Part shown: positions 26,662-38,600 of the stretch, in pieces
How the letters are laid out: each line of letters begins with the position of its first letter
Numbering within the stretch: position 1 is the stretch's first letter
From: Psammoneis japonica
Lineage: Eukaryota
Direction: 5' to 3'
NCBI GenBank assembly: GCA_008632985.1
Contig: QPGO01000087.1
Span: 186,001-250,000, forward strand
Length of the DNA stretch: 64,000 nucleotides
Made by a program: the position numbers and the translations under genes
Notes under the pieces: generated by a model
Told to the model about the DNA's origin: nothing
What the model saw: the letters and a program-made list of their open reading frames with translations, nothing else
Databases searched by the model: none

Positions 26662-29247
26662 TCACTGGAACTGTGGGCGCACTTTCTCAAAACTGGCCAA
26701 CATCTGGGCTGCTGTTGGACGATGGTGAGGATTCGCGGTGTAGGCTGGCTCCAAAATGCGTGCAATGTCTCCCGGTACATCGTCCATGGGAGGGGCTCTG
26801 CCCCCCGCAATCTCTGTCATGAGTGCAAAAACGCTGGTGGACTGTCGAGCCTTGCGGGGGACACAGAGAACCTCGTAAATGACAAGCGCAACGGCGTGTA
26901 CGTCCGTTGCAGTTGAGGCTCCCTCATTTGTGGCTTGTTCCGCAGCCATGTAGAAAGGTGTTCCCACGCCGGTCGTTGCAAAAGTCTTGTCGATCGACCG
27001 GGCAGTGCCGAAATCGGTCAGCATGGGCTGATCGTTGTCGTCCAAAAGGACATTCGCGGGCTTGATATCACGGTGAATCAATGGATTGGGCTCTCGAGTT
27101 GCCATGTATTTTATCGCCCGAAGCAGACCAATGCCAATCTTGAAGGTAAAGGCGAAACCAAAGTGCCCCCCTGATGACGGCGAAGGTTGGGCGCTATCGT
27201 CGACCTTGGATAACCGATCAGCAAGACTTCCTTTTCGGAACAAAGGCATCACTACAAGCAAGGTATTGTCTTTCCTGGACCAACCCATGATGGTAGCAAT
27301 GTTTGGTTGCGTCAATGATCGACCAACGGCGATTTCGCGACGCTGGCAGTCGTCGTCGTCCCAAGGGATTTCTTTAATCGCCACGTCGCTGTCATCCCAC
27401 TTGCCCACAAAAACTTTTCCAAAGGAACCTTCACCGAGAGATTTGCCTCCGTACGTTAGATCTGCGATATCAATGTGGCAGCCCATAATGGCGCTGTCAT
27501 ACGATTTGGCCGATCCGACTGTTTGAATCGAAGACATGGTCGTGTTGAGTGTCGTGGAGCAGGCAGAAAATGACGACGGGGATGAAGGAGGCTCCACGCT
27601 GGGACTGACTACGCCCTTGCTCTGACAAAAGCTGAGTTCGCCTTGCGTCAAATCACCGCTACCAATCTTGATCGCTTGGCCGACTTGAGTGAATGAGACG
27701 GCCCACCGGAACTTGCTCTTGAAACTCAAGTCTCCGACCTCCGGTACAGCTTCTCTGCCATTGACTTTGATGCTGAGGTTGCCATTATCAAATAACAAAG
27801 ACACCAAGTCTCCTGCATTGAAGCCCCTTCCAGTCGCTTTCGTAGACCCATTCACAAGCAAATCGCCTCGACTCGTCAGGCCCAACGAGTTGCTCAACCC
27901 GGAGGCTCCAAGGTGGTGATTAGAATGGTTCTTCGTGTCTTCGTCCATGACACCAAGCATCATGAGTTGATCTGGCTTTAGCGAAAGGATGCGAATGTCA
28001 ATACTTTCATTCCCACTGGCATTGACAACACGCTGAGAATGTAGCGTAGCCGTGAACTTCTTGACGCAAACTGCAATTCGATCGCTGTCATCGCAGTCGA
28101 CCGATTTCATGTTGTCCTTCCAACGAAGCTCCCCGCTGTCAGATGATCCAGCTCTAAGACCATCTACTAGTAGGTCAATCAACTTATCGACCAGCTCATC
28201 TTTGCTTCTGCCCGAAGAAGGAGTGGATACAGGATGACCCAACTTGCCGTCACCGCGCATTTCAACGAGCTGGCCTTGAGCCGAAAGGGCTAACCCAACA
28301 CGAAAGTCACCGGTAAGACGAATTGACTTGAGTTCGTCACAGTCCACCTCCTTCCCATCAAACTCAAAAGATATTTGCCCGTTGTTTATACACATGACGA
28401 GCTCGCATGGGTCGGCGGTGTTAACTTCGGCTGCGAAAACAACGTCTCCTTTCACAACCACAATAATGCTTCCATCCTTGAAGAGGCACCCGAGAGTACC
28501 TGAGGTCATTCCAACTAGCTCATTGCGACAGATCTCCTGGCAGTCGACGGGCAAGGTACCCAAGCCAACGGAATTGTCGCAGTTCCGGAGGACGACGGCT
28601 GCGATCTTGTGGTGTCCTTCAGGGCTTATGACTTGTTCAGAGTAGAAGGTGAAGTTCGTAGATTTCTTGGCAGAAAGCATCTCCCGATTGACATCTCCGG
28701 CACTCCAGACATCCGCGAAAGTCACTGGGCAAGTGAAGAATACTTCGGCCATTTGTCCTTCAGTAACCATTGACACGCCGAGCTTGTAACTTCCATGGAA
28801 TGCCATAGCTTCAAGTTCGTCCGAATTGACTTTGGAACCATCCACAAAGTAGGACAACGTGCCATTTCGAATGTGCATGGTAATGGAAAATGAGTTTCCG
28901 GCATGGTAAGTGCCTTCGAAAAACGTCTTGTCTCCTTTGACGAGTTTTACCGAGTTGCGCGTGACGCGGCATCCGATGGATCCAAAGATCTCGCTGTCGC
29001 CGACAATGTTGTTGCGACAGGCCTTGGTTTGGTGCTCCGGGACAAGTCCAAATGCAATCATATCATAATTGCTCTCATGGATCTTGCATGTTACGCCCGA
29101 TTCACAGGCGGTTGAGAATTCTTTGGTAGAGTACTGTGTGAAAGAGCACGACTTCTTACACGTGATCCTACCTCTGGAGGAAACCTTCGAGGCGGACCAG
29201 TTATCTTTGAACTCAACAGAAGATGCGAGACTTTGGCCCATGGTCAA
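26662..29247 (-). CDS. Intronless protein kinase (TKL-like) with three N-terminal beta-rich SPRY/B30.2-like repeats
   Basis: LGEGSFGKVF, VAIK, IHRDIKPANVLL, TDFG, GTPFYMAAE, RPTA. Three ~150-aa units with shared ends (GTLSYFVDG..YKLGVSM..EGQ / GQISFEFDG..FRVGLAL..QGQ / GNLSIKVNG..FRWAVSF..VGQ). Confidence 0.88.
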   Translation of the reverse strand: MTMGQSLASSVEFKDNWSASKVSSRGRITCKKSCSFTQYSTKEFSTACESGVTCKIHESNYDMIAFGLVPEHQTKACRNNIVGDSEIFGSIGCRVTRNSVKLVKGDKTFFEGTYHAGNSFSITMHIRNGTLSYFVDGSKVNSDELEAMAFHGSYKLGVSMVTEGQMAEVFFTCPVTFADVWSAGDVNREMLSAKKSTNFTFYSEQVISPEGHHKIAAVVLRNCDNSVGLGTLPVDCQEICRNELVGMTSGTLGCLFKDGSIIVVVKGDVVFAAEVNTADPCELVMCINNGQISFEFDGKEVDCDELKSIRLTGDFRVGLALSAQGQLVEMRGDGKLGHPVSTPSSGRSKDELVDKLIDLLVDGLRAGSSDSGELRWKDNMKSVDCDDSDRIAVCVKKFTATLHSQRVVNASGNESIDIRILSLKPDQLMMLGVMDEDTKNHSNHHLGASGLSNSLGLTSRGDLLVNGSTKATGRGFNAGDLVSLLFDNGNLSIKVNGREAVPEVGDLSFKSKFRWAVSFTQVGQAIKIGSGDLTQGELSFCQSKGVVSPSVEPPSSPSSFSACSTTLNTTMSSIQTVGSAKSYDSAIMGCHIDIADLTYGGKSLGEGSFGKVFVGKWDDSDVAIKEIPWDDDDCQRREIAVGRSLTQPNIATIMGWSRKDNTLLVVMPLFRKGSLADRLSKVDDSAQPSPSSGGHFGFAFTFKIGIGLLRAIKYMATREPNPLIHRDIKPANVLLDDNDQPMLTDFGTARSIDKTFATTGVGTPFYMAAEQATNEGASTATDVHAVALVIYEVLCVPRKARQSTSVFALMTEIAGGRAPPMDDVPGDIARILEPAYTANPHHRPTAAQMLASFEKVRPQFQ

Positions 29248-30038
29248 TAACTCAGTTTGTTGAAATGAAAGCTTAGGTATTTGTGAGACTTCCTTTCACG
29301 GCGAATCAACGAAATCATGCATCATAGGGTTCGCATCGGACTGCCGCGAATGGAAGCATGACTGAAATCAATCGCGGTTATCTTCCTGCTAATTGTCGGA
29401 AGGGCGTACAGTCAGTATCAAGGAAATCGCACACATGATGTGTCATTCGCGGTGATCTTCCGGACTATTTTCGGAAACAAGCTTGTTGCAGTAATCGAAA
29501 CATACGGTGCGGTGGATAGAAAAGCTCACTCTATAGGAGAGAGTAGAACTACTTCTCTACTCTCTACTCTAGCTAGAGTACCGGTAGAGCTAGCTCTACT
29601 CTCTCTATCTAGAGCTACAGTAGTAGAGAGTAGTCGTACCTACCTCGTAGGAGTACCTGTACTCTAGCTAGCCCGAACAGGACTGGAAATCGCGGATTAG
29701 ATTCGATGCACAAAGATTTTTTGAAGGTCGAGACTTACTCTGCTCAATTTACTTCTTAGTCTTGTTGCATTGATATACCGTACCGATAAAAGAGAGATAA
29801 ATAAAGTAGACATTTCAAATAATGTCCTATGCACGTGAAATCGACGTAGCCGATGACGTCCAAAAAAGTTCAAAAAATCCAAAAAAATTCGGAAGGCGCA
29901 TTCCAATTCATTCCCATGATCGATTCGATCTTCGATCGCAGCGACATCAAGAATATCAGGTGATGCGAATCGGTGCTGTGCCATCACACCGGTACAGAAT
30001 CCATTGCTCTGTCTCTTTTGAAAGAATAAGGTGTCAAA

Positions 30039-32198
30039 ATGGCCACATTTGCGCCCTCATACCAACAAGGTTCGCATGCCGAAGTCTCTGATGCTGAAGC
30101 ACGACTCCGGCTCGCACGACATGGTCGCTGCCCGGATCACCCTGACATTCAGCTGAAGAAACGAAAGGGCATAAAGTGGAAGACAGTCAAGGAGGAGTGC
30201 TATCGCTGTAAAGAAGAATTCAAACTCAAGACACAATGCTGCCCTGTCCACCCTTTTGTCATTATGAGCAAGGCAAAGAAATTCCGTTGCGGCATGATGA
30301 TGCGTCACCTCGTCTGCCCCCTTTGCCTCGAGGGAGAAATCTCGGTAGGCAAAACGTCGAAGAACGAGCTACGAAGGAAGGTGGACCTCCTCACCAGACA
30401 ATATGCTGAGCTTGCCTCTGATGCACGCTTCAAGTGCGACGAAATCGAGAACCTCCAATCCGAGCTCAGGATTCTTGAGGGCAAATTAAACACGGGAGTG
30501 ACGGTAGAAAGTACGGATCTCCTCGATCAGCTCCTCGAAAAGGCATTGCCGATGATCGAGGATCTAGTGGCGGCACACGAACGTACAAAACCACCCGAAC
30601 CGGTCGATCACATGCAAACCATACGAGCCAACATGATGAAGCTTGAAGCCCGCGTCAAGGTGTGCGAAGGTACTTCCCAGCGTGTGGTGGCCGATGCCAT
30701 GCATGAAGTGTTGCAGCAGCTGGAATCACTTCGGAATGATAAAAACATGCTTGCCATTCAGTCAGAGAAGCAGCGACAGGCGTTTCGAAACGAACTAGAT
30801 GAGCTACAGACCGATCTTGGGATCGTCAAACGAACCATGAAAGAACTTCCGGCACAGGTGGAGTGGAATACAGATACCGTCAAGCAGCTCCTCGAATCAT
30901 ATTCAACCTTGGAAAAAGAATTAGAAAGTAAGTTTGCCGAATATGATAGCTTTATTGCATCTCAGAAGACTTTCAATTCGCAGATTCGCAACCAAGTGGC
31001 TGCACTTGAGACGGCGGTGGCGCAGGAAAAGAATATCACCGCAGAACGACTCGAGGAAATGCAACGGCAACTCGATGCCATTGCCAAGTCGACGACTCAT
31101 ACATTCCAACCGAAAAACGTCATGATGGTCAATGACATGTCGGATGAAATGACAAGGCTTAAGCAACGTATTGAAGTACTGGAACTTGAACTCCAACGTC
31201 GGCAGCCGCAGTGTCCTTCTCATGTTCACCCTGTAAAGATGCCGGTGGCACAGGTGGATCCTCTCACGACCGATAATGAAGTTCCTTCCTCCTCGAATGC
31301 ACCGACCTTTACTGCCACCGTCCCGAAATGTACGCTCAAACGGCACAAAAATCCCGTCACTTGTTGCACCGTATTTGCCAATAACACTCGAGCGCTCAAT
31401 GGTAGCTGGTGCAACGCGATCGAGGTCTGGGACTTGGTGGATGAAACGAACATTGCCACGCTTGAAGGACACAAAAATGGTGTCAATTGTTGCACCGTAT
31501 TTGCCAATGACTGTCGTGCAATAAGCGGGAGCGGCGACGGAACGCTCAATATTTGGGACTTGGTACATCACAAATGCATCGCCACTCTCAAAGGCCACTC
31601 AAGTTACGTCACCTGTTGCGCCGTTTTTGCCAATGACAGGCGTGCGGTTAGTGGAAGCTGGGACAAGTTCCTCAAGGTTTGGAATTTGGAGAATGGAATG
31701 TGCCTCACCACTCTCAAGGGACACACTGGTTACGTTACTTGTTGCGCCGCATTGGCAAGCGGCACGCGGGCAATCAGTGGGAGCTACGACAACACCGTAA
31801 AGGTTTGGGACTTGTCGAATGGAGCATGCCTCACTACTCTCAAGGGACACAAGCGGTCGGTAACTTGTTGTACTCTGTTTGCCAATGACACCCGTACCCT
31901 CACTGGTAGTTTGGACGCAACGCTCATGGTTTGGGACTTGTTGAGTGGGATACACCTTACCACTCTTAAGGGACATGCGGGTTCCGTATTGTGCTGTGCT
32001 GTGTTTGCAAGTGACACTCGTGTCATCAGCGGGAGCCGTGATCAGACCCTCAAGGTTTGGGACTTGAAGAAGCAGGTGTGCCTTGTCACTCTCAAGGGAC
32101 ACACTGATGATGTCACTTGTTGCACTGTGTTTGCCAAGGACACTCAAGCAGTCAGTGGGAGCTCAGACAGCACTCTCAAGGTTTGGCAGCTTGCTTAA
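30039..32198 (+). CDS. Intronless protein: two CxxH...CxxC modules, long coiled coil, seven highly similar WD40 repeats
   Basis: GRCPDHPDIQL...CYRC and CPVHP...CPLC; heptad-rich middle; 7 x 42-aa TLKGH..VTCC.VFA.D.RA.SGS.D.TLKVWDL. Confidence 0.92.
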   Translation: MATFAPSYQQGSHAEVSDAEARLRLARHGRCPDHPDIQLKKRKGIKWKTVKEECYRCKEEFKLKTQCCPVHPFVIMSKAKKFRCGMMMRHLVCPLCLEGEISVGKTSKNELRRKVDLLTRQYAELASDARFKCDEIENLQSELRILEGKLNTGVTVESTDLLDQLLEKALPMIEDLVAAHERTKPPEPVDHMQTIRANMMKLEARVKVCEGTSQRVVADAMHEVLQQLESLRNDKNMLAIQSEKQRQAFRNELDELQTDLGIVKRTMKELPAQVEWNTDTVKQLLESYSTLEKELESKFAEYDSFIASQKTFNSQIRNQVAALETAVAQEKNITAERLEEMQRQLDAIAKSTTHTFQPKNVMMVNDMSDEMTRLKQRIEVLELELQRRQPQCPSHVHPVKMPVAQVDPLTTDNEVPSSSNAPTFTATVPKCTLKRHKNPVTCCTVFANNTRALNGSWCNAIEVWDLVDETNIATLEGHKNGVNCCTVFANDCRAISGSGDGTLNIWDLVHHKCIATLKGHSSYVTCCAVFANDRRAVSGSWDKFLKVWNLENGMCLTTLKGHTGYVTCCAALASGTRAISGSYDNTVKVWDLSNGACLTTLKGHKRSVTCCTLFANDTRTLTGSLDATLMVWDLLSGIHLTTLKGHAGSVLCCAVFASDTRVISGSRDQTLKVWDLKKQVCLVTLKGHTDDVTCCTVFAKDTQAVSGSSDSTLKVWQLA
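31330..32195 (+). repeat. Coding tandem array of ~126-bp WD40 units with high nucleotide similarity
   Basis: Recurrent actctcaagggacac, acttgttgc, tttgccaatgac, aaggtttgggacttg at 126-bp spacing. Confidence 0.9.
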
Positions 32199-35100
32199 CA
32201 GTTTAGGATGGTTCACCCAGCTTCACAGTTTAGATTGCAATGCAAAACTTTGATTGAAAAAAGACAAAGGACTGACAATGTCAGTGTGATGTTGGTTAAT
32301 TTGGTCATGACTTTTTGTTTATTTCCACTCAAAAATGCCTGCTGTTGAGTTATCCAAACTGCACCTCACGCACAGCAAGCTTTCACACGGGTGTTTGGCA
32401 CTGTGACCACAGCAAACCATGTGGTGACATGCTGCCCACTCTCTTAGACTCCTCAAGGCAGCACAAGTGGCAGCTGCCACTGAGAGTGTGGCCTTGGTGC
32501 ATGGTGTCTTGTCACCCCTGTTGACATCCACCACTGCAAATTTGGGTTTTGCAGCTGCTGAGCAGGTCTGCTTTGGGATCTTCTCAATCTTTTTTGCTGG
32601 GTGCATTGTTTTGTCTTTTTTTGCCATCTTGTCTTGTTGCTTGCACCTGCAAGAAAGATTTTCTTTCCTCTGCTGTTGCATCTGTTTTTTCTCTGTGACC
32701 CACAATGTCTGGATGTTGCATGCAAGGGAAGGGTGTTGGCATGCTTGTGTAGATGACTCTTGACAGATGAGACATTTTGGGTGGCTGCTGGGCAGATCTC
32801 CTTCCAGGTCTTCTCAGTTTTTGCTGTGCTGGCAGTGCTCTGTGCTTTTGTTGTTAAAGATGGCAGGTTTGCAGCACTGCACACTGCTTTCCTGCCTCTG
32901 GGTTGGCATGCTTGGGTGCATTTCACAGGCCTCGAATGATGTGCTGCTGGTGTGAAAAAAGACATCAAAAGTTGTTGAACAAATGTCCCAATGACTCAAA
33001 GTCATGCAGAAAGCTGTGCTCATGACATGTGGCTTGTGACCAAAAACATTGATGTCACAGCACAGCATTGCAAGACCCCACCCAGAGCTGCAGCATGCCT
33101 TGTGCTGTGAAGGAATGCTGGTGGTAGAAATTTGGGCTGGGTCATGACAAACCACAAAATGGGGGACAATTTTGCAAGGCCTGCTGGGACAAACTTCAGT
33201 TGCAGCAGTGCACTTGTGCCCCCCACTCTCCCTGCAGGTGATGGCAGCAGGTGCCAGAGCTGGAAGTGATGTCATCAGCTTTAAAGAAAGACACCCAGCA
33301 AATTGGAGAACAGCAAAAGAAGTTGCCAGAAGAGCAAGGAATGCACCAAGGCCAGTGTGCTGAGCTCAGATGAGAGGGTTGGTGTTTTGCCTTTCTGCTC
33401 CCCCCCTCCTCACTGCAGTTAAACTTTTTTGGCTGCAGGGAGGGAAAATACATTTTGGTTGTTTTGTGCATCTGAGGGCAGGGTGAGATCAAACCCAACA
33501 TGTGCTGCTGCCCAACATGCTCACCAACTTGTGATGCATCATTCTTGGAGACATTTTAGCCCCCCTTGCCGTGCACCACCCCCTGATTTGCCCCATGAGC
33601 CCTGCACACTGACACATCTTGGGTTTTGTTCTGAGCTGCTGTGTTGCCAGCTTGAGAGCTCAGAGACAATGTGAGGAGTTGCCATGCGGTGCATCACCTC
33701 CCAACACATCAAGAGGAAAAAGCAAAACTGTCAGGTGCTGATTTGGTGGATGTTGAAGCAGTGGACATGAGGAGTCAGAAATGTTGTGATTTTTTACCCC
33801 ACTTGCCATTGACAAAAACAGAGTCTTGTGGTGATTGGAGAATGTGGGGAATGCAGCATTTGTGACTCTGTGGAAGTTTGCAACAAATGACCCCACAATG
33901 GGAAATGGGGTCTCTTTCAAAACAAACTTTGCAATCTGGACACATGCTGCAGTTTGTCCAAATGGCAAACTTCACATCATTGGAGGAGACTTTCAAGCTT
34001 TGGCCTGTGAAAAGCATGCTGTGACAAAACTTGGCACTGTCTGACATTTTAAAGCCATGTTGAGCAAAATGTCATGGAAGAACAAGCAGCTTGTGTGATG
34101 CAGGCATTTTGGCATGGGCGCAGTTGTCGATCACTGAGCCCTCAACTTCACAGCTTCAGCAGGCTTTCTCAAACATGGAGAAGTGCATGTGTGTGTTTGC
34201 TTCTTTGCTGGTGTGGGTGTCACTTCTGCTGGAGTGATGCCTTCTGCCATCCACACATCCATGCTGCCCATGAGGCAGGCTGAAAAGCTGCCAGAGAAGT
34301 GCTTTGTGAGCTGATCTCCAAGTTTCTTGCACAGTGCTGCTCTCCAACAGTTGAGAAGGGATGAAGGTGCTGTTGGAGGAGAGAATCTTCTGCATGCTTC
34401 TGTGCTCACGTGCCTCAGACATGGCTGGACAGGGCATTTTCCAGCTCAATGCCAACAACTTGACACAACAGAGTTCAACAGGTGCAGGGTCACATGATCG
34501 CACGACACAGAGGAGGCATTTTGTCTCAAAGAATCCCCCTGCCCTCAAGAACACATTTCATGTCACTGAGCAAGTGGCTCTGGTTGCAAACCTTCTGATG
34601 CTTGATGCTGCTTTGTTGTCAATCTTCTTCAAACATTCTCCCCTGCAGAGTGTGCTTGGAGTGGGTCACCCTCTGCTTGCCGTGTGGCATGACACCAGTG
34701 CACGGCTTTGGACACATGAATCAACTCTCATAAAATCTGCTTCCTCATTGCATGCAATGATGAGGAAGCACTTGTAACTTGCTTGTCAATTGAGTGACAA
34801 GATAAAATTCAGAACAAGGTCAACAACTTTTTGCTGAAATGCAGAGTTGAAGAACTCCATGCAAAAAGGCTGTGAGTGGCATGCCAAAACAGAAAGGAAC
34901 CGGCAAAATTGTAGAAAACATCAGCCAGTCTGTGGAGGCAGGTGTGCACCAGAGGTGCACAAGCATCATCTGTTGTCAGCCGCACACACATTTGCACACT
35001 CAGCATGCACAAATGACAAAACGATGAGGTGGGTCACATGCACAGATCTTCAATGCAAGATCTGTCACAACGTGCTGCACCCACAAGAAATTTTGTGGAG

Positions 35101-35677
35101 CAAAATTGAAATTTCCACAATTTCCCTCCACAAACGCATTCAGCCCAACACACTTGGCATCCACATTCTGTCACACCCAACAACACTGTCACTCGCATTG
35201 ACGTCAGACTGTCTGCATCTGGGACACCAATGATCCAGGTGTTGCACTGGCCGTCAAGATTTTTTGAAATAAAACCCGACATGTTTTTCATTCAATCCAA
35301 GTTCATGCTGATTTGTCAAGTCTGTGTTTGTGAAACATTCAACAACAAACATCTCCATCCCCCAATTTAACTGTTTGCCCCCCCTTCCGACAAGCCTGAT
35401 GTGTTTGTTTAATTTTGTGTTAATTTCTGGATGGTGTGTCAATCAATTTTCTGCATCAAAGTTGCCACATGCATTCATCAAGGTAGACTCCACTTGCCTT
35501 CTAAATTTTCTCTCCCTGCCCATTCCACCCTTCTGTCCATGATGCCCCCCCCCATTGCACCTTTTTTCTTGTCCTCTGCTTCCACCCTGTGTCACCAAAT
35601 CTCCAAGTGATTGTTGCTGCACATGCCATTCCATTCGATTCTCTTCTTGACACTCCTTTGTCTCTGTGCATTGGCCA

Positions 35678-38600
35678 TGTCATCTGATGGTCTTGTTTGT
35701 CCTTGGTGCAAACGAGCTGGTTTCTTGTCTGAGTGCGGTCTCAGTGGGCATGTTGCAACCAACTGCCTCTGCTCTGCCATTCTGACCAAGTCTTTTGGTT
35801 GTCCTCATTGCGGACAACATGGTTTTGACTCAGAAAACAATGTGCAGTGTCACCCATCTTGGCACTGCGCTGCTGCATCTGTTCTCCCTTCCCCATTGAC
35901 ACAGTTGTGCCACAAAACCCAATCATCTTCCCTGTCCGGTGGGACATCTCTTTCCTCTCATCCTCTGGATTCCGCCTCCGTTTCCTCCCTTGGGTCCAAC
36001 ACCGACAAACCCAAATGCCCCCATTGCCGTGCCCCCTTTTCCAACATTGCCCTTCATCCACAGAAGTGCTTGCCCTGCCATGAAAAGGAGGAAACGTCCC
36101 TTTGCCGGTTTGCCACATCTTCAAATGCTGCAAATTCATTGCCCCCTCCAGACGACGAATCACTTGATGACCATGATGATCCTGCTGTGTTTGGTTTCAC
36201 CAATGATGATGAACCCCAGCCTTCCCTTCCCAAAGTCCTTTGGAATCCAGATCCACCTCCTCCCACACAATCTGACAACTCTTCTCCAGCTGGCCCTCCC
36301 TCTGCCAGAAATGGACTGCACCCACCCTCCGTCAGACGCTCTGGTTGATTGCGTTCTGCCGCCAATGTTGCTGCCGCCAGTGCAGCCACCAAAAATGCCC
36401 GCCAATTTGTTTTGTTTGCAGATGATGGTGTGTCTGCCCTTGGAGAGGACAGTCCTGTGAATGTCCATGAGTTCATTGGAGCTGAACATCTTGATGGCAG
36501 TTGTGGGCCCCCCTCAATCTCACGTCCAACAGAAGAGCCTGTTCCTCCTCCCCCCAGTGTTGAATCCATTTCGGTTTCTTCCTTTGATCAACACAATCCT
36601 CTGGGACCGGCATGTGATGTCGCCCCTGATGAGGACTTTGATGCACCTCCAGTCCACTCACCCAGCATTGCACCCATGGTGCATTTGCCACATCTGTGTC
36701 ATTGGTCAGGTGTTGCAATTGACTTCATTGACAAAGCAATGAGAATTTTGCATGTGAAGAGCATGCAGAAAAAAGATTGGACATGTCAAAGCCCCCCATC
36801 ACAACCGCCGTGGCAATGAAGCAACTCCTTGGGCCATTTCCCAATGTCCCTCTCCCCCGCACTGCTGCTGTGATGCTTGAATGCAACAATCCAATGCAGC
36901 AGCAGAAGGATGGTCCACAATGTCGTCACTCCCCACCTTTCCCAGTTTGCAGTCTCACCAAGACCCTTCAGGATCTTTTCACTGAGCCAGTGTTCCGTGA
37001 TCTTTCCAAGTTGCAGGTTAATCCAAATGATGTTTGGTCACCTCATGAGCCCCCACTGATGGTGATTTGGATTCCAGCACTGGCCAGGCTGATGGTGTTG
37101 AGATGTTGTTTCCAGATTGTCCTGGTGGCTGGTGATTGTCCACTCAAAGTCAAGACATGGGTGATGGAGAGTGGCAACAACATTGCTCCAATGCCAAGGA
37201 AATGGCCTGTGATTTTCACGTTCACCTTGTCAATTGTTCGGACAAGACCAGAGTCAATGCAGTCAATCCTCAAGGGATGGAGCCTGCAAAGCACTCACTC
37301 ACCATGATTCAAGAGGACTCACACCGTGACTGTTGTTGTTGGTGTCCACTTGGTTTCATGCCCAATTTGGACAAGAAAGACAAGTCTGGGCACCTTGTTG
37401 TTGCCAACTGTCACTGCATTCTCAAGGAGGTGCTCTGTGGGCTGCTTCATTGCCAGGCAAATCTGCCCATTGTCCATGCAACAATGGGCAATCAATGCTG
37501 CTGTGTCAGAGCCACAATGCATTGCAACTCCCTGTTGGGGGACATCCCCAATCAAGAACGCAGTTGTGGCAGAGTCATGAGCCAAAGCAAGACCAAGCGG
37601 TTGTCTCACAACTGCCATGTGCCCTCTCACCTTTCTGATGATCCCCTCCATGCTTGCCAATTCCTTGACCAAGCTTTCATTGAGTTGCTCACTGTTGCTG
37701 CATTGGGTCCAGATCCCAAGGATGACAACAGTCATTGGCACCAGCATGTTGAAAATGTTTCCCGTGAGCATCGTGCAATGACCGCCAAAAAAAGGTTGAG
37801 AATGAGCTTGCTTCATCCCTCATTTGCCGAATGACCACATGCTCCAAAATGTCAAGGAAAGTGTCTGGACAGCACGCAGTGGACAATGCTCACTTTCCAC
37901 TCAACATGGGTGACAACCCATGCAGTGCATTTGGAATGACCATTGCTGACACAATGCATGCAATGGAGGTGGGTGTCATCCCTCAAATGATGGAGGCAAC
38001 AGTTGGAGAGATGTCTGCCAAACGGAAAGAGGAATGTGACCAGATTGCATTGAAATTGTTCTGCACAGCCCGGTGTCGTCCAGGTCAGAGACATGACTGT
38101 CCATGCATTTGAGCCAATGAGGGACTTTCCACACTCAGCCAACTTGCGTGTGACGAGAAGATGGGCAAGCTTTTTGCACTTGCCATCATTGGTCACACAC
38201 ATGCTGGCAGAAATCTGCCAGAAAAGAGGTGCGATCCATCCTTTGACAGCAAAAAGAAAGAACTGCTGACAGCTTTAAAGGAAAGAAGCAACAAGAAGAA
38301 CAGTTGACCAAATCGTCAGAGAGTGAACCCAAGGAAGAGGACCCTGATTCCGTTGAGCCATCCAATGAACAAACAGGCAAAACACACACCACCCCTGTTG
38401 ATGAGAATGTGCCTGATGCACTGCCTAAAGAGACATGGTCTGATGTCCCCTGCGATTCATCCAACTTCCATCACTGCAACTGTGTGATGCAACAGATGCA
38501 TCGTCATGGCCTGTTGGAATTTTGGGAACCATTTTCCAATCAGCTAGATGATGATCGTTTTTTGTTGCACCATGAGATTGCATGCTGGGATGAAACAAAA

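Noticed and set aside
31330..32195. CRISPR array or diversity-generating retroelement
   Set aside because: The repeats are in-frame WD40 coding units. No spacers, cas genes, reverse transcriptase or template/variable repeat pair were seen.
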